Assembly (NCBI GenBank): GCA_046590705.1
Contig: JBKJUK010000256.1
Location: forward strand, 1 to 46,640
Reading direction: 5' to 3'
DNA from: Thermoanaerobaculia bacterium
GTDB lineage: Bacteria; Acidobacteriota; Thermoanaerobaculia; Gp7-AA8
DNA length: 46,640 bases
Below the pieces are notes generated by a model, which did not search any database, had not been told where the DNA came from, and was given only the letters and a program-made list of their open reading frames with translations. Shown here piece after piece: positions 9,710-19,372 of this stretch. Position 1 is the first letter of the stretch; each line of letters opens with the position of its first letter. Position numbers and translations under genes: made by a program.

Positions 9710-11848
9710 TTAGTGCGCTGGTGGAATACCGGCCGCGCTCTGCGGAGGAAGTTCGGCATCCGGTGTCGGGTCGAACTCCACGGGCAGATAGAGCGTAAAT
9801 TCCGAACCCTTGCCACTCTCGGACTTCACCTCGATCAATCCGCGATGAAGCTCGACGAAGTTCCTTGTCAATGAGAGCCCCAGACCTGTGCCGCTCCTGC
9901 TGACGCGCCGCCCCTCTTCGGCCTGATAGAACTCATCGAAGATGCGTTCGAGTTCTTCCGCACTCATGCCGATCCCTTCGTCACAAACCCTGATGCAGAC
10001 AGAATCGAGTCGCAGGGGCGAGTCTGCTGCGCCGACCGGAGACACGCGGATTCCAACTGCGCCTCCATCTGGCGAGAACTTGAAGGCATTCGAGACGAGA
10101 TTGAAGAGAATCTGCTTGAGCCGCCCTTCATCGAGCCGCACCAGCGGGGTATCCGGATGAACGTCGCTCTCCAGCTTGATCCTGGCATCGGCTGCCATAC
10201 CATGCATCACTCGCTCGACCGATTGCACTGTGTCGCGAAGGTCGAACTTCTCGGGACGGAGCTCCATTTTCCCGGCCTCGATCTTCGAGAGATCGAGGAT
10301 GTCATTGATCAGGGCCAGCAGATGATTTCCAGCCGTCTGGATATTCTCGAGGAACTTGTAGAACCTCGGCGTGAGAATGTTCTGCGTGTTCTCGAGCAGT
10401 AACCCAGAGAATCCAATGATCGAATTCAGCGGCGTCCTCAGCTCGTGCGACATGTTGGCCAGGAACTGATTCTTGGAACGGTCCGCAGCCATGAGTCGCA
10501 GATTCGTCTCCCGCAGCTCGATCGTCCTCTCGCCGACGCGGGTTTCCAGTGCGAACGTGAGCGACTCGAGATCCTTGAAGAGGATGCCATTTTCGATTGC
10601 CACAGCGGCCTGGTTGGCGATGGAGGTCAGCAGAAGCACGTCGTCAGGCGAAAAAGCATTTTTCCGAAAGCTCTGCACGGAGATCACGCCGATCACTCTG
10701 TCGCGCGAAACCATCGGCACGCCGAGCCACGACTCGCTGATGATCCCGTCGCTCACCGAGGAGAGTCCCAGCCTTCGTTCTTCCTTGATGCTTCCCAGTA
10801 GCAGAGGCTGATTGTTCGTCACGACCCAGGAGTTCAATCCCTCGCCGACCTCGATGCTTTCCTTCGGCTTCGGCTCCCCCTCTGCGATGTCGAGTTCGAA
10901 CGAGAGGATTCGTCTGTACTCGTCGTAAAGAGCGATGCTGAAGAGCGAGACATCAACGACCTTCCGGCACTCCTGATAGATGGTCATCAGCAGTTCGTCA
11001 CGGGTGAGGTCGAGCGAGATGAGACGACCGACGTTGGTCAGCGAAGCCAGACGCTGCAGCTGAAGCCTGCTCCGGCTTCGGGTCATCGCTAGATTTCGCG
11101 CGACTGCGTTCCCGATGATTCCCGTGAAGATGAGCGCAATCAGGGCACCAGGACCGAGCGTGCTGTATGAGAAGGAGAGCACGATCGCAAACGGGAGTGT
11201 CAGCAGGTAAATCGACGAATCGACCGCAGCCAGCTTCAGCATCTTCCTGAGCGAGTAGCCATACGATCTGAGTACACGCAGCATGATCAGATTGTTGAGA
11301 AGAATGATGAGCGCGCCGCAGAGAGTCATGCGCAGGGCAGCGGCGGCGGAAACTCCTGACAGCGGGGTCTGTCCACCGATCAGGGAATAGCACCACGACG
11401 CCAGAACAACCGGCAATCCGTACGTGCCGAAAAGACCAAAGGTCTTGGCATACTCGAGCGGACGATCCTGAACGTCGATTTTCACCGGACCTATCTGCTT
11501 CATGGCCAGCCAGCGCGTGAACGTCGTGACGGCCACGGCTGTCCATGCCGAGATCACCGTACCAAGCAACGGGTACATGACAATGAATGCCGTGATACCA
11601 AGCGATACATACACGAGGTTTGTCAGCTCGAACTTCAGCAGCTGCAGAGCGATCGCGCAAACGACGACGATGCCGAGCAGCAGATACATCGAGGATCCCA
11701 GTGCGGCTGCTACTTCTCGGGTCTGTTCGGCGAAAAACCATGTCGCCGCGAGCAGCGCCAGCAGACCGATCAAACCCTGAGTGACGAAAACAGAGAAAAT
11801 TCTGTCCCGCGAAACCTCATGCGTGGCCGTGGAGTTACTGTTGTTCAT
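9710..11848 (-). CDS. Multi-TM sensor histidine kinase with GAF domain
   Basis: Hydrophobic N-terminal ~250 aa. GAF domain (SWLGVPM...IGVISVQ). H-box FLANMSHELRTPL, N-box NLVSNAFKF, G-boxes DEGIG and GTGLGL. Confidence 0.92.
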   Translation of the reverse strand: MNNSNSTATHEVSRDRIFSVFVTQGLIGLLALLAATWFFAEQTREVAAALGSSMYLLLGIVVVCAIALQLLKFELTNLVYVSLGITAFIVMYPLLGTVISAWTAVAVTTFTRWLAMKQIGPVKIDVQDRPLEYAKTFGLFGTYGLPVVLASWCYSLIGGQTPLSGVSAAAALRMTLCGALIILLNNLIMLRVLRSYGYSLRKMLKLAAVDSSIYLLTLPFAIVLSFSYSTLGPGALIALIFTGIIGNAVARNLAMTRSRSRLQLQRLASLTNVGRLISLDLTRDELLMTIYQECRKVVDVSLFSIALYDEYRRILSFELDIAEGEPKPKESIEVGEGLNSWVVTNNQPLLLGSIKEERRLGLSSVSDGIISESWLGVPMVSRDRVIGVISVQSFRKNAFSPDDVLLLTSIANQAAVAIENGILFKDLESLTFALETRVGERTIELRETNLRLMAADRSKNQFLANMSHELRTPLNSIIGFSGLLLENTQNILTPRFYKFLENIQTAGNHLLALINDILDLSKIEAGKMELRPEKFDLRDTVQSVERVMHGMAADARIKLESDVHPDTPLVRLDEGRLKQILFNLVSNAFKFSPDGGAVGIRVSPVGAADSPLRLDSVCIRVCDEGIGMSAEELERIFDEFYQAEEGRRVSRSGTGLGLSLTRNFVELHRGLIEVKSESGKGSEFTLYLPVEFDPTPDAELPPQSAAGIPPAH

Positions 11849-11875
11849 GGGAGAAGCAATCGTAGCATCAGATGC

Positions 11876-11896
11876 TGGCCGGGGGTCGGGGGGCTG
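11876..11896 (+). repeat. G-rich heptad repeat arm (left arm of cassette)
   Basis: TGGCCGGGGGTCGGGGGGCTG, a short member of the GGCCGGGGGCCGGRGTCRGGGGGCCGGAGC family. Confidence 0.65.
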
Positions 11897-11997
11897 ATGA
11901 ACGCAGAACGCAGAACGCAGAAGGCCGAAGTAAGAAAAGTGTCAACGGCTGTGGGGTCTCTTCTCATTTCGACTTTGTGCGTTCTTCGTCCATCAGC
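11893..11997 (+). repeat. GAACGCA-heptamer hairpin element, copy A
   Basis: GCTGATG...CATCAGC ends, (GAACGCA)3 on the left, and a core GTCAAYGGCTGTRGG shared with 43146-43250. Confidence 0.75.
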
Positions 11998-12012
11998 GTG
12001 CCGGGGCGGACA

Positions 12013-12189
12013 TGTGTGGCACAGGCAATCCTGCCTGTGGCGCGGAGAAGTGAGTTCCAGACCCACTTGTTTGATGTGCCGTACGTGTCGCGGCCGGTTA
12101 CTCGAAAGGAGCCACACGTCGGTTTAGCGAACGAATCGTTCTTCGAAGTCAGTGCGTCGCGCCACAGGCAGGATTGCCTGTGCCACACA
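12013..12189. repeat. REPIN-like element copy 3
   Basis: Same arms as copy 2, 177 bp. Confidence 0.92.
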
Positions 12190-12214
12190 ACCGCGCATCG
12201 AGCACCTGCGCTTC

Positions 12215-12246
12215 GCTCCAGCCCCCCGACCCCGGCCCCCGGCCCG
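12215..12246 (-). repeat. G-rich heptad repeat arm (right, inverted)
   Basis: Plus strand GCTCCAGCCCCCCGACCCCGGCCCCCGGCCCG, just past the stop of 12253..12939. Confidence 0.8.
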
Positions 12247-12252
12247 TCTCCG

Positions 12253-12939
12253 TCAGACCGCCGGCTTGTTCTGCCGCAGCACGGCGATGGAGGCATCACC
12301 GAGAATCTGCGCAACGCCATCCGGCGCGATTGCCAGCGCCGACCGCGCTGGCAACCCGACCGCAGCATCAACTTCCTCAGACTCGAGGAGCGCCGCTGTA
12401 CGACTTTGCATGGCAGGGTCGTAGCCTCCGTCGATCACCGTGCGGGGCAGCCAGTCCAGACCGCGCAGGGGCGCTCCGCCAGTCGTCATCGAACGCGTCA
12501 GAGTTCCAAACACTGAAGCGGCACCGCCAATGGCAAAAATCACGGCACCGTTCGACACCGCTTCTTCGAGCGCGATCACGACCGGCGAATCCGTGATGGT
12601 GTTCAGCAGCAGATCACTCGTTCCACCGCCGATGTACACCATTCCTGCCGAGCGGACCATCTCGAGATTCTTCTCACGCCGAACATCCCGCCCTCGGTAG
12701 ACAGGTACGTTCACGAACGTTGTGTCGGGCGCGATCGCCGCAAAATACTCACCGATTTTCTTCGCGTAATCGAGAGAACCGGAAGCAGTCGGCAGGAAGG
12801 CGATGGAACGACGGGAAGGCTGCATGTGGGCGAGCGCAAACTCGTCGAATTCCTTGGTCTCACCAAACGAGAACTCGCCGCCGCCTGAAAGAATCAGCCA
12901 GCCATTCTGGATTCGCCGTGGAAGGATGAGCGGTTTCAT
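12253..12939 (-). CDS. Peptidase S51 / cyanophycinase-like protein, apparently catalytically degenerate
   Basis: LILSGGGEF, IAFLPTASG, VYIGGG and GLDWLP motifs match the family. GxSAG is replaced by AIGGA. Confidence 0.75.
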   Translation of the reverse strand: MKPLILPRRIQNGWLILSGGGEFSFGETKEFDEFALAHMQPSRRSIAFLPTASGSLDYAKKIGEYFAAIAPDTTFVNVPVYRGRDVRREKNLEMVRSAGMVYIGGGTSDLLLNTITDSPVVIALEEAVSNGAVIFAIGGAASVFGTLTRSMTTGGAPLRGLDWLPRTVIDGGYDPAMQSRTAALLESEEVDAAVGLPARSALAIAPDGVAQILGDASIAVLRQNKPAV

Positions 12940-12984
12940 TTCGCGCTACGCATTGACGATTGCGACCCGTGTCGGAACCTGTTG

Positions 12985-13971
12985 TCAGCGCTTCCAGACC
13001 TCTTCGATCTTCGAGGCGATGTCGGCTGGTGATTCGATGACATTGATTCCTGCAGCGGTGAGTGAGGCCATCTTCTCTGCGGCAGTACCCTGACCACCAC
13101 TGATGATCGCTCCTGCATGACCCATACGCCGTCCAGGAGGTGCGGTCTGTCCGGCGATGAAGGCCACCACCGGCTTGGTGACGAACTGCTTCACGAACGC
13201 ACCAGCTTCTTCCTCTGCAGTTCCGCCGATCTCGCCGATCATCACAATGGCCTCGGTCTGCGGATCGTTCTCGAAGGCTGCCAGACAGTCGATGAAGTTC
13301 GTTCCGGGAAGTGGATCGCCGCCGATCCCGACTGCTGTCGACTGACCGATACCACGCTTGCTGAGTTGTCCCACAGCTTCGTAGGTCAGCGTTCCCGAGC
13401 GAGAGACGATCCCGATCGGACCTTCCTTGTGAATGTGTCCCGGCATGATGCCGATCTTGGTCTGACCAGGGGTGATGATTCCCGGACAGTTCGGTCCGAT
13501 GAGACGCGACGCGCCAGCGCGCTGCATCATGTCGGCGCCTGCGGCCGTCCATGTCGCTGAAGGATCTTCCGATTCAGCAGTGGCTGCAAAAACCCTCTCG
13601 CCGAACGCGGCCACACGTGACTGATTGACCTTGCGGAGCAGATCGTGCGCACGGATCATGTCATTCACCGGAATGCCTTCGGTGATGCAGATGATCAACT
13701 CGATCCCTGCGCTTGCAGCTTCCATGATGGCGTCGGCGGCGAATGGTGGAGGAACAAAGATCAGAGCGCAATTCGCGCCCTCTTTCTCACGCGCCTCGAC
13801 AACGGTGTTGAACACCGCAAACCCTTCGTGCGTGGTGCCGCCCTTGCCGGGAGTCACACCGCCAACGACATTTGCTCCGTACTCGCGGCAACCGATTGCG
13901 TGGAAACTTCCCTCACGACCGGTGATTCCCTGCACGATGATTCGCGTATTTTTATCAGCCCAGATTGCCAT
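12985..13971 (-). CDS. sucD: Succinyl-CoA synthetase alpha subunit
   Basis: [33 protein letters not shown] and GRRMGHAGA (phospho-His) motifs. Confidence 0.97.
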   Translation of the reverse strand: MAIWADKNTRIIVQGITGREGSFHAIGCREYGANVVGGVTPGKGGTTHEGFAVFNTVVEAREKEGANCALIFVPPPFAADAIMEAASAGIELIICITEGIPVNDMIRAHDLLRKVNQSRVAAFGERVFAATAESEDPSATWTAAGADMMQRAGASRLIGPNCPGIITPGQTKIGIMPGHIHKEGPIGIVSRSGTLTYEAVGQLSKRGIGQSTAVGIGGDPLPGTNFIDCLAAFENDPQTEAIVMIGEIGGTAEEEAGAFVKQFVTKPVVAFIAGQTAPPGRRMGHAGAIISGGQGTAAEKMASLTAAGINVIESPADIASKIEEVWKR

Positions 13972-14062
13972 TCGTTCCTCTGCCTGTCATTTCAGTCTTC
14001 TGTCGTGACCCGCAGGTTTCTGCGCGGGCATTCTCTTTACATCGATCGGTACTCAGCGGATA

Positions 14063-15226
14063 TCAGCGCCCCATGGCCGCAGCGACAACCTTCTGCGCTG
14101 CGTCAGCCATGCCGTCGGCGGAAATGAGATTCAGTCCCGAGTCCTTCAGGATCTGCTTGCCGAGTTCCACGTTCGTCCCTTCCAGTCGCACCACAACCGG
14201 AACGGGAAGACCAATCTCTTTCGATGCTTCCACAACGCCTTCGGCGATCCGGTCGCAGCGCATGATCCCGCCGAAAATATTGATTAGAATCGCTTTCACA
14301 TTTTTGTCGGAAAGAATGATCCGGAAGGCATTCTTGACCTGCTCCGCCGTGGCCCCGCCCCCGACATCCAGGAAGTTGGCAGGCTGACCGCCGGCATGTT
14401 TGATGATGTCCATCGTGCCCATGGCCAGACCGGCACCATTCACCATGCAGCCGACATTACCGTCGAGCTTGATGTAGTTCAGACCAAACTTCGAGGCTTC
14501 GACTTCGAGCGGATCTTCTTCAGCGAGATCGCGCATCTCCAGTTCCGGCTTGTGACGGAACATGGCGTTGTCGTCGAAGGTCATCTTGCAGTCGAGCGCC
14601 AGCACCTTTTCTTCTTTGGTAATGAGCAGCGGATTGATTTCAGCGAGCGAACAATCCATGTCGACGTAACACTTCATCAGTTTTCCGATGAACTCGACGC
14701 AACTCTTGAAGGCCTCACCGGTCAGGCCGAGCGCATAGGCGACCTGGCGGGCCTGAAATGGCTGCACTCCGAGCACGGCATCGATCGGTTCGCGGTAGAT
14801 CGCGTCAGGATTCTCAGCTGCGACCTCTTCGATCTCCATCCCACCCTGTTTCGAAGCCATGATCACCGGCTTGCCGAGCTTCCGGTCGAGGGTGATACCG
14901 AGGTAGAACTCTTTGTCGATGTTCAGCGCCTCTTCGATCAGCACCTTCTGCACCAGACGGCCTTCCGGTCCGGTCTGGTGCGTGACGAGGGTCATACCGA
15001 TGATCTCGCCCGCAAGCTTCACAGCTTCTTCAGGATCCTTGGCCAGCTTCACGCCGCCGCCCTTACCTCGGCCGCCTGCATGAATCTGCGCTTTCACCAC
15101 GACCCGGCCACCAAGTTCCTCGGCGATCTTCCGCGCGTCTTCAGCCTTGTCGACCACACTTCCGCGAGGAACGGCTACGCCGTACCGTCGCAGAATTTCC
15201 TTAGCCTGATACTCATGTACTTTCAT
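14063..15226 (-). CDS. sucC: Succinyl-CoA synthetase beta subunit
   Basis: Starts MKVHEYQAK at 15226. [31 protein letters not shown] and NIFGGI motifs. Confidence 0.97.
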   Translation of the reverse strand: MKVHEYQAKEILRRYGVAVPRGSVVDKAEDARKIAEELGGRVVVKAQIHAGGRGKGGGVKLAKDPEEAVKLAGEIIGMTLVTHQTGPEGRLVQKVLIEEALNIDKEFYLGITLDRKLGKPVIMASKQGGMEIEEVAAENPDAIYREPIDAVLGVQPFQARQVAYALGLTGEAFKSCVEFIGKLMKCYVDMDCSLAEINPLLITKEEKVLALDCKMTFDDNAMFRHKPELEMRDLAEEDPLEVEASKFGLNYIKLDGNVGCMVNGAGLAMGTMDIIKHAGGQPANFLDVGGGATAEQVKNAFRIILSDKNVKAILINIFGGIMRCDRIAEGVVEASKEIGLPVPVVVRLEGTNVELGKQILKDSGLNLISADGMADAAQKVVAAAMGR

Positions 15227-15365
15227 TCTTGCCTCTGTGATCTCGAAGAGGTACGGGGTGATGTTGCGACGCCCGGCATCATTCCCCAGACCGTGACTGC
15301 AGTGGGGATGCCCGAGGCGAGGCGCGGGAGGTTTTATCACGCCTCCGGCAGATTGCAAACAGGCT

Positions 15366-15548
15366 CAGCCCGCATTTCTCACACTCCTTCTGCTGCGGCG
15401 GCGGATAGCACCCTGTCTGCTTCGTTACACGACGGTTTCGCTCCTCAACATAGAGTCCACTATGCCCTCGTCGCGAAATCGCCGTGCGCCTCGCATCCAG
15501 GCCACTCTCCCCCGCCTCGCAACGAACGAGTGTGAGAAACGCGGGCTG
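15366..15548 (-). repeat. Structured palindromic element (MITE-like or ncRNA), copy 1
   Basis: 21-bp terminal IR with 1 mismatch (CAGCCCGCATTTCTCACACTC / GAGTGTGAGAAACGCGGGCTG) and nested inner stems. Shares two exact 11-mers with 43456-43576. Confidence 0.8.
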
Positions 15549-15582
15549 CGGTTCAACAGAACGCAAAGTACACTCTCCCCGA

Positions 15583-16767
15583 ATGCCGACTCACTCCCTG
15601 CGGCGCGGACAGAGAATCGAGCTCGAGGCTCGTGAGCTTGTGGCCGGTGGTGATGCTCTCTGCCGCCACGGTTCGCTCCCGGTCTTCGTGGCCGGCCTTT
15701 TTCCTGGCGACATCGCCATCGTGGAAATCACCGAGGCCAGGAAGAACTTTGCGCGCGGCGAATGGCGGAAGCGGATCTTCGACAGCCCGCTCCGACGCGC
15801 CGCACCATGTCCAATTGCCGACAGCTGCGGAGGATGCGACTGGACTGCCCTCCGCCTCGACGTGCAGCTGGAGGCCAAAAAGAAAATTCTCGACGAGTCG
15901 CTGCGACGGGTCGGGAAATTCGACACAGCATCGCTTCCCGAGATCAAGCTTCATCCTTCTCCACTGAATTACCGGCTTCGCAGCCGCCTCCATTACGACA
16001 AGAGGAAGCGGGCCATCGGTTTCTATGCGGCCGGTACCCACCATGTCGTTCCGCTCACGACTGCCTGTGAAGTCGTTGGCCCGGGCGTCATCGATCACCT
16101 CGATGAACTCACTCGCGAGGCCGGGCGAGCAAATGCCTCGGTGGAAACCTTCGAGAACGGACGTCACTTCTGGTCCGGAATTGCGGAACGCACTGAATCA
16201 GGGGTCGCCCTCGATGTCGGCTCGGATCGGTATCAGCTGTCGACCGCCGCGTTCTTCCAGGTGAACCGGCATTTGCTTCGACAGTTGCTCGAGCGGATCG
16301 AAACGCATGGCGGAAGTTGCTGGCCCAGACGCCTGGCTTTCGATCTTTACGGCGGCGTCGGTTTCTTCGCTCTGCCCCTGGCCAGAACGTTCGACTCCGT
16401 GGTCACGGTCGAATCCTCGGCGGTCTCGCATCGTTACGCGAAGCTGAATACCGCTCACCTCCGAAACGTCGAAGCCGACAGCCGATCGGTGGAAGCCTTC
16501 CTGAGTTCCACCAGGCAGCATCCCGACTTCATCATGATCGATCCGCCCCGCGCCGGAATGTCGCCCAAGGTGATGGAGATCGTGGCTGACTCCCCTGCGG
16601 AGAAGATTTGTTATCTCTCGTGCGATCCGGTAACCTTTGCACGGGACGCGTCACGGCTTGCGCGCTCAGGCTGGATTCCCACCTCCCTCGATCTACTCGA
16701 TCTGTTTCCAAACACTCACCACATCGAGACTCTCTCGCTCTTCGAGCGTGCAGAAAAAAGAAAATAA
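15583..16767 (+). CDS. rlmD: RNA (uracil-C5)-methyltransferase, RlmD/TrmA family with TRAM domain
   Basis: Fe-S Cys cluster C-x5-CGGC, FFQVN, DLYGGVGFF, IDPPRAG, YLSCDP and DLFPNTHHIE motifs. Confidence 0.85.
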   Translation: MPTHSLRRGQRIELEARELVAGGDALCRHGSLPVFVAGLFPGDIAIVEITEARKNFARGEWRKRIFDSPLRRAAPCPIADSCGGCDWTALRLDVQLEAKKKILDESLRRVGKFDTASLPEIKLHPSPLNYRLRSRLHYDKRKRAIGFYAAGTHHVVPLTTACEVVGPGVIDHLDELTREAGRANASVETFENGRHFWSGIAERTESGVALDVGSDRYQLSTAAFFQVNRHLLRQLLERIETHGGSCWPRRLAFDLYGGVGFFALPLARTFDSVVTVESSAVSHRYAKLNTAHLRNVEADSRSVEAFLSSTRQHPDFIMIDPPRAGMSPKVMEIVADSPAEKICYLSCDPVTFARDASRLARSGWIPTSLDLLDLFPNTHHIETLSLFERAEKRK

Positions 16768-19009
16768 ACTACCCGCATTCATCCCGGCACTTCTGCTGGC
16801 AGCAACCATCGCTGCAGCAGACTTCCTCGTCGTTTCCCGGCTCGAGCTCTGGCTGCTGGGGCTCTCGGGTCTGGCATCGCTGGCACTGAGGTCCAGGTGG
16901 GCTCGATCAGCGGGAATCTCGCTGCTGGTCGTCACCCTGGCGATGCTGCTTCTCCAGAAGCGACAGGCGCAACAGACAGCGGAGCTATCCTGCCTCGGGC
17001 GAATGGAGCAAACTCGCTTTGTCGACGCCGCGGCAACCGTAGAACGAGTCATCTCGCATAAGAGCGAATCCCGACTGGTCGAACTGCGTGGCGTCACGTT
17101 TTCGCAGAATTCCCTGACTTGCCGTAGCAGTCTGCCTGTTCTGCTCATCCTTCCATCGGACGCGCCGGCGACAGTGCCCAACGCGACCTTCAGGAGTGCA
17201 GGCCTCCTTTCCTTCGGCGACTCCGGTCTTCGACTTCATGTGAAGTCGGCGCAGTTGATCGAATCGATCACGAATCACCGTCGCCGCGGCCTGGCCGGAG
17301 TGAACGATGCCATTGCGGCCAGATTCAATTCGGAAGCCGAGGCAGTGCCAGAGCGGCGCGAGCTTCTGGCATTACTGCAGGCGGTCGTGCTGGGCCGCAG
17401 CACGCAGCTGGATGAAGCGATCAAGGAAAAGTATCGCGCGGCAGGCACGTATCACCTGCTGGTTTTTTCCGGGATGCAGATCACTCTGCTCGCAGGAATG
17501 CTGGCGTTCCTTCTGAGACGGTTTGGAAGGCCGCGGCTGAGCGACATCACCCTGCTGACCCTGGCTTGCGCCGCGCCGCTATTCGCCGGCGCGGAGCCAT
17601 CGGTCACACGCTGCGCGATGATGATTGGCCTGTACGCAGTCGCACGCCTGCTGGGCAGACCTACCTCGATCGAAAACCTCTACTTCGTCTCGATCATTTT
17701 CCGTCTGCTGGTGGTGCCGAACGATCTCTACGACGGAGGTTTCGCCATGACCTATGCCGCTACCTTCGGTCTCATCTTCTGCGGTAAGCCACTGATTGCG
17801 GCGCGCCAGGTGAGGAATCCAATTCTGGCCGCGCTTCTCTACGGTGTCTGCGCTGAACTCGCAATCCTGCCATTCCTGCTTACCTGGTTTCAGCAGTTCA
17901 CCGCGGGAGGCGCGCTGCTGACGCTCCTCATCGCTCCGCTCTTTTCACTGCTTCTCTGCCTCGGCATCCTCTATTGCCTGCTTCTTTTTCTTCTCCCCGA
18001 CCTTTCTGCCCCACTCCTCGATCTGCTGGCATTCATCAGCAACCTGGCAGATCTGTTGAACGCGGCGGGCGCGGAACTTCTCTGGCGTGGACCAGCAGCC
18101 CGACCGTCAATCCCAATCATGTATGCGGTCCTGGGCTTGCTCTGCATCATGCTGCTCTTCCGCTGGTCGCCTTCGCTCAGAATTCTTCTACTTTTCGTCA
18201 TTCCACTGCAGGTGGCAATTTTTCATGCGACGCACTCGAGTGTCGACGTGCCACGGGCGGTGCTGCTTGACGTCGGGCAGGGCGACGCGGTCCTGGTTCG
18301 AAGCGAATCGCGCAACATCCTCGTTGACGGAGGTGGATGGGGAGAGAGTTCGCACTTCGGACGACGGATTCTCATTCCCCAACTGCTGGCCCGTGGAGTG
18401 AGACGACTCGACGCGGTCGTGTTGACCCATCCGCATCCTGACCACTGTGGAGGGCTCCCCGATGTACTACGTGACCTGGAGGTGGGCGAGCTCTGGATGA
18501 ATGCACGGCACCTCCCGCAACCATGCGCATTGGAACTGGCCCATCTCGCTGCCCGTAACGGCACACTGCTACGCCTTGTCAGGTATTCAGGGCGTCAGCT
18601 GATTGGCGGTCTGCCGGCCACAACGCTGGTTCCGCGGCTGCGGTTGAAGCGCTCCTGGCTCAACAACAGTTCGCTGGTCTGCCGGCTGGAGTTCCCTGGC
18701 GCGCGGATTCTGCTCACCGGCGATATCGAAAAGGAGGCGGAACTGCTGTACGCGGACGAACATCCAGCCGCGTTGCGTGCCGAGTACCTGAAGATTCCTC
18801 ACCATGGCAGCAAAACCTCGAGTTCGCTTGAATTCGTGCGTGCCGTCGATCCGCGCGTAGGGCTGATCTCCGCCGGAAAAGACAATCCGTTCGGACACCC
18901 GCATCAGGAAGTTCTGCAGCGACTGCGCGCCGCGAAGACGTCGATACGACGAACGGATCTGCAAGGCGCCATCGAGATCGACCTGCTGCCGGGAGCACGA
19001 CGAAATTGA
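16748..19009 (+). CDS. comEC: DNA uptake competence protein ComEC/Rec2
   Basis: Competence domain (GTYHLLVFSG) and metallo-beta-lactamase domain (DVGQGD, THPHPDH, LTGD, PHHGS, NPFGHP). Start placed at in-frame GTG 16748. Confidence 0.92.
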   Translation: MQKKENKLPAFIPALLLAATIAAADFLVVSRLELWLLGLSGLASLALRSRWARSAGISLLVVTLAMLLLQKRQAQQTAELSCLGRMEQTRFVDAAATVERVISHKSESRLVELRGVTFSQNSLTCRSSLPVLLILPSDAPATVPNATFRSAGLLSFGDSGLRLHVKSAQLIESITNHRRRGLAGVNDAIAARFNSEAEAVPERRELLALLQAVVLGRSTQLDEAIKEKYRAAGTYHLLVFSGMQITLLAGMLAFLLRRFGRPRLSDITLLTLACAAPLFAGAEPSVTRCAMMIGLYAVARLLGRPTSIENLYFVSIIFRLLVVPNDLYDGGFAMTYAATFGLIFCGKPLIAARQVRNPILAALLYGVCAELAILPFLLTWFQQFTAGGALLTLLIAPLFSLLLCLGILYCLLLFLLPDLSAPLLDLLAFISNLADLLNAAGAELLWRGPAARPSIPIMYAVLGLLCIMLLFRWSPSLRILLLFVIPLQVAIFHATHSSVDVPRAVLLDVGQGDAVLVRSESRNILVDGGGWGESSHFGRRILIPQLLARGVRRLDAVVLTHPHPDHCGGLPDVLRDLEVGELWMNARHLPQPCALELAHLAARNGTLLRLVRYSGRQLIGGLPATTLVPRLRLKRSWLNNSSLVCRLEFPGARILLTGDIEKEAELLYADEHPAALRAEYLKIPHHGSKTSSSLEFVRAVDPRVGLISAGKDNPFGHPHQEVLQRLRAAKTSIRRTDLQGAIEIDLLPGARRN

Positions 19010-19035
19010 CACGTTTGAATCGCGGCGCTTAACAT
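19006..19035 (+). promoter_or_regulatory. Sigma70-type promoter, probably leaderless
   Basis: TTGACA (19006-19011), 18-nt spacer, TAACAT (19030-19035), then ATG at 19043, 7 nt downstream. Confidence 0.55.
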
Positions 19036-19042
19036 CGTGGAA

Positions 19043-19372
19043 ATGTCGACAACGCTTCTTCGCTTCGGCCTGTGGATCGTGCTGCTGGTTCTCGGAGCGT
19101 ACGTTCTGCGCGAAACATTCGCCGAGGCTCCCGAGACCGAGTATCTGGCCATGCCCTTCCTGCAGAAAGTGGGCGGCTTCGGCCTTCTTTTGATCGCGGT
19201 CGGTGCCGGCCTTGGTTTCGCAGAGAAACTCATACGTAAGGCGCGGAAGAGTCGATGCTCAGTGTGCAGGAAGCCGGTCTTCAAGGGTGAGCTCTACTGT
19301 CGCCCGCATCTTCGGCAGGTGATCGAGGAGGAAGACGATCGCTTCCACAACACACAACTTCGAGGGCGCTGA
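19043..19372 (+). CDS. Small two-TM membrane protein with a C-terminal CxxC...CxxH zinc finger
   Basis: Two hydrophobic helices followed by CSVC-x10-CRPH. Confidence 0.7.
   Translation: MSTTLLRFGLWIVLLVLGAYVLRETFAEAPETEYLAMPFLQKVGGFGLLLIAVGAGLGFAEKLIRKARKSRCSVCRKPVFKGELYCRPHLRQVIEEEDDRFHNTQLRGR

Noticed and set aside
8826-12516. Apparent small-protein family with RHRQDCLCH / AQAILPV / WHRQSCLW peptides (e.g. 8826..9167, 11872..12516, also 43109..43456)
   Set aside because: These peptides are translations of the REP arm in various frames and strands, with no consistent start, stop or frame.
13513-13630. Intein or repeat insertion as the source of the SucD insert
   Set aside because: Too short, no intein terminal residues (C/S...HN), and no similarity to the repeat families in the window.
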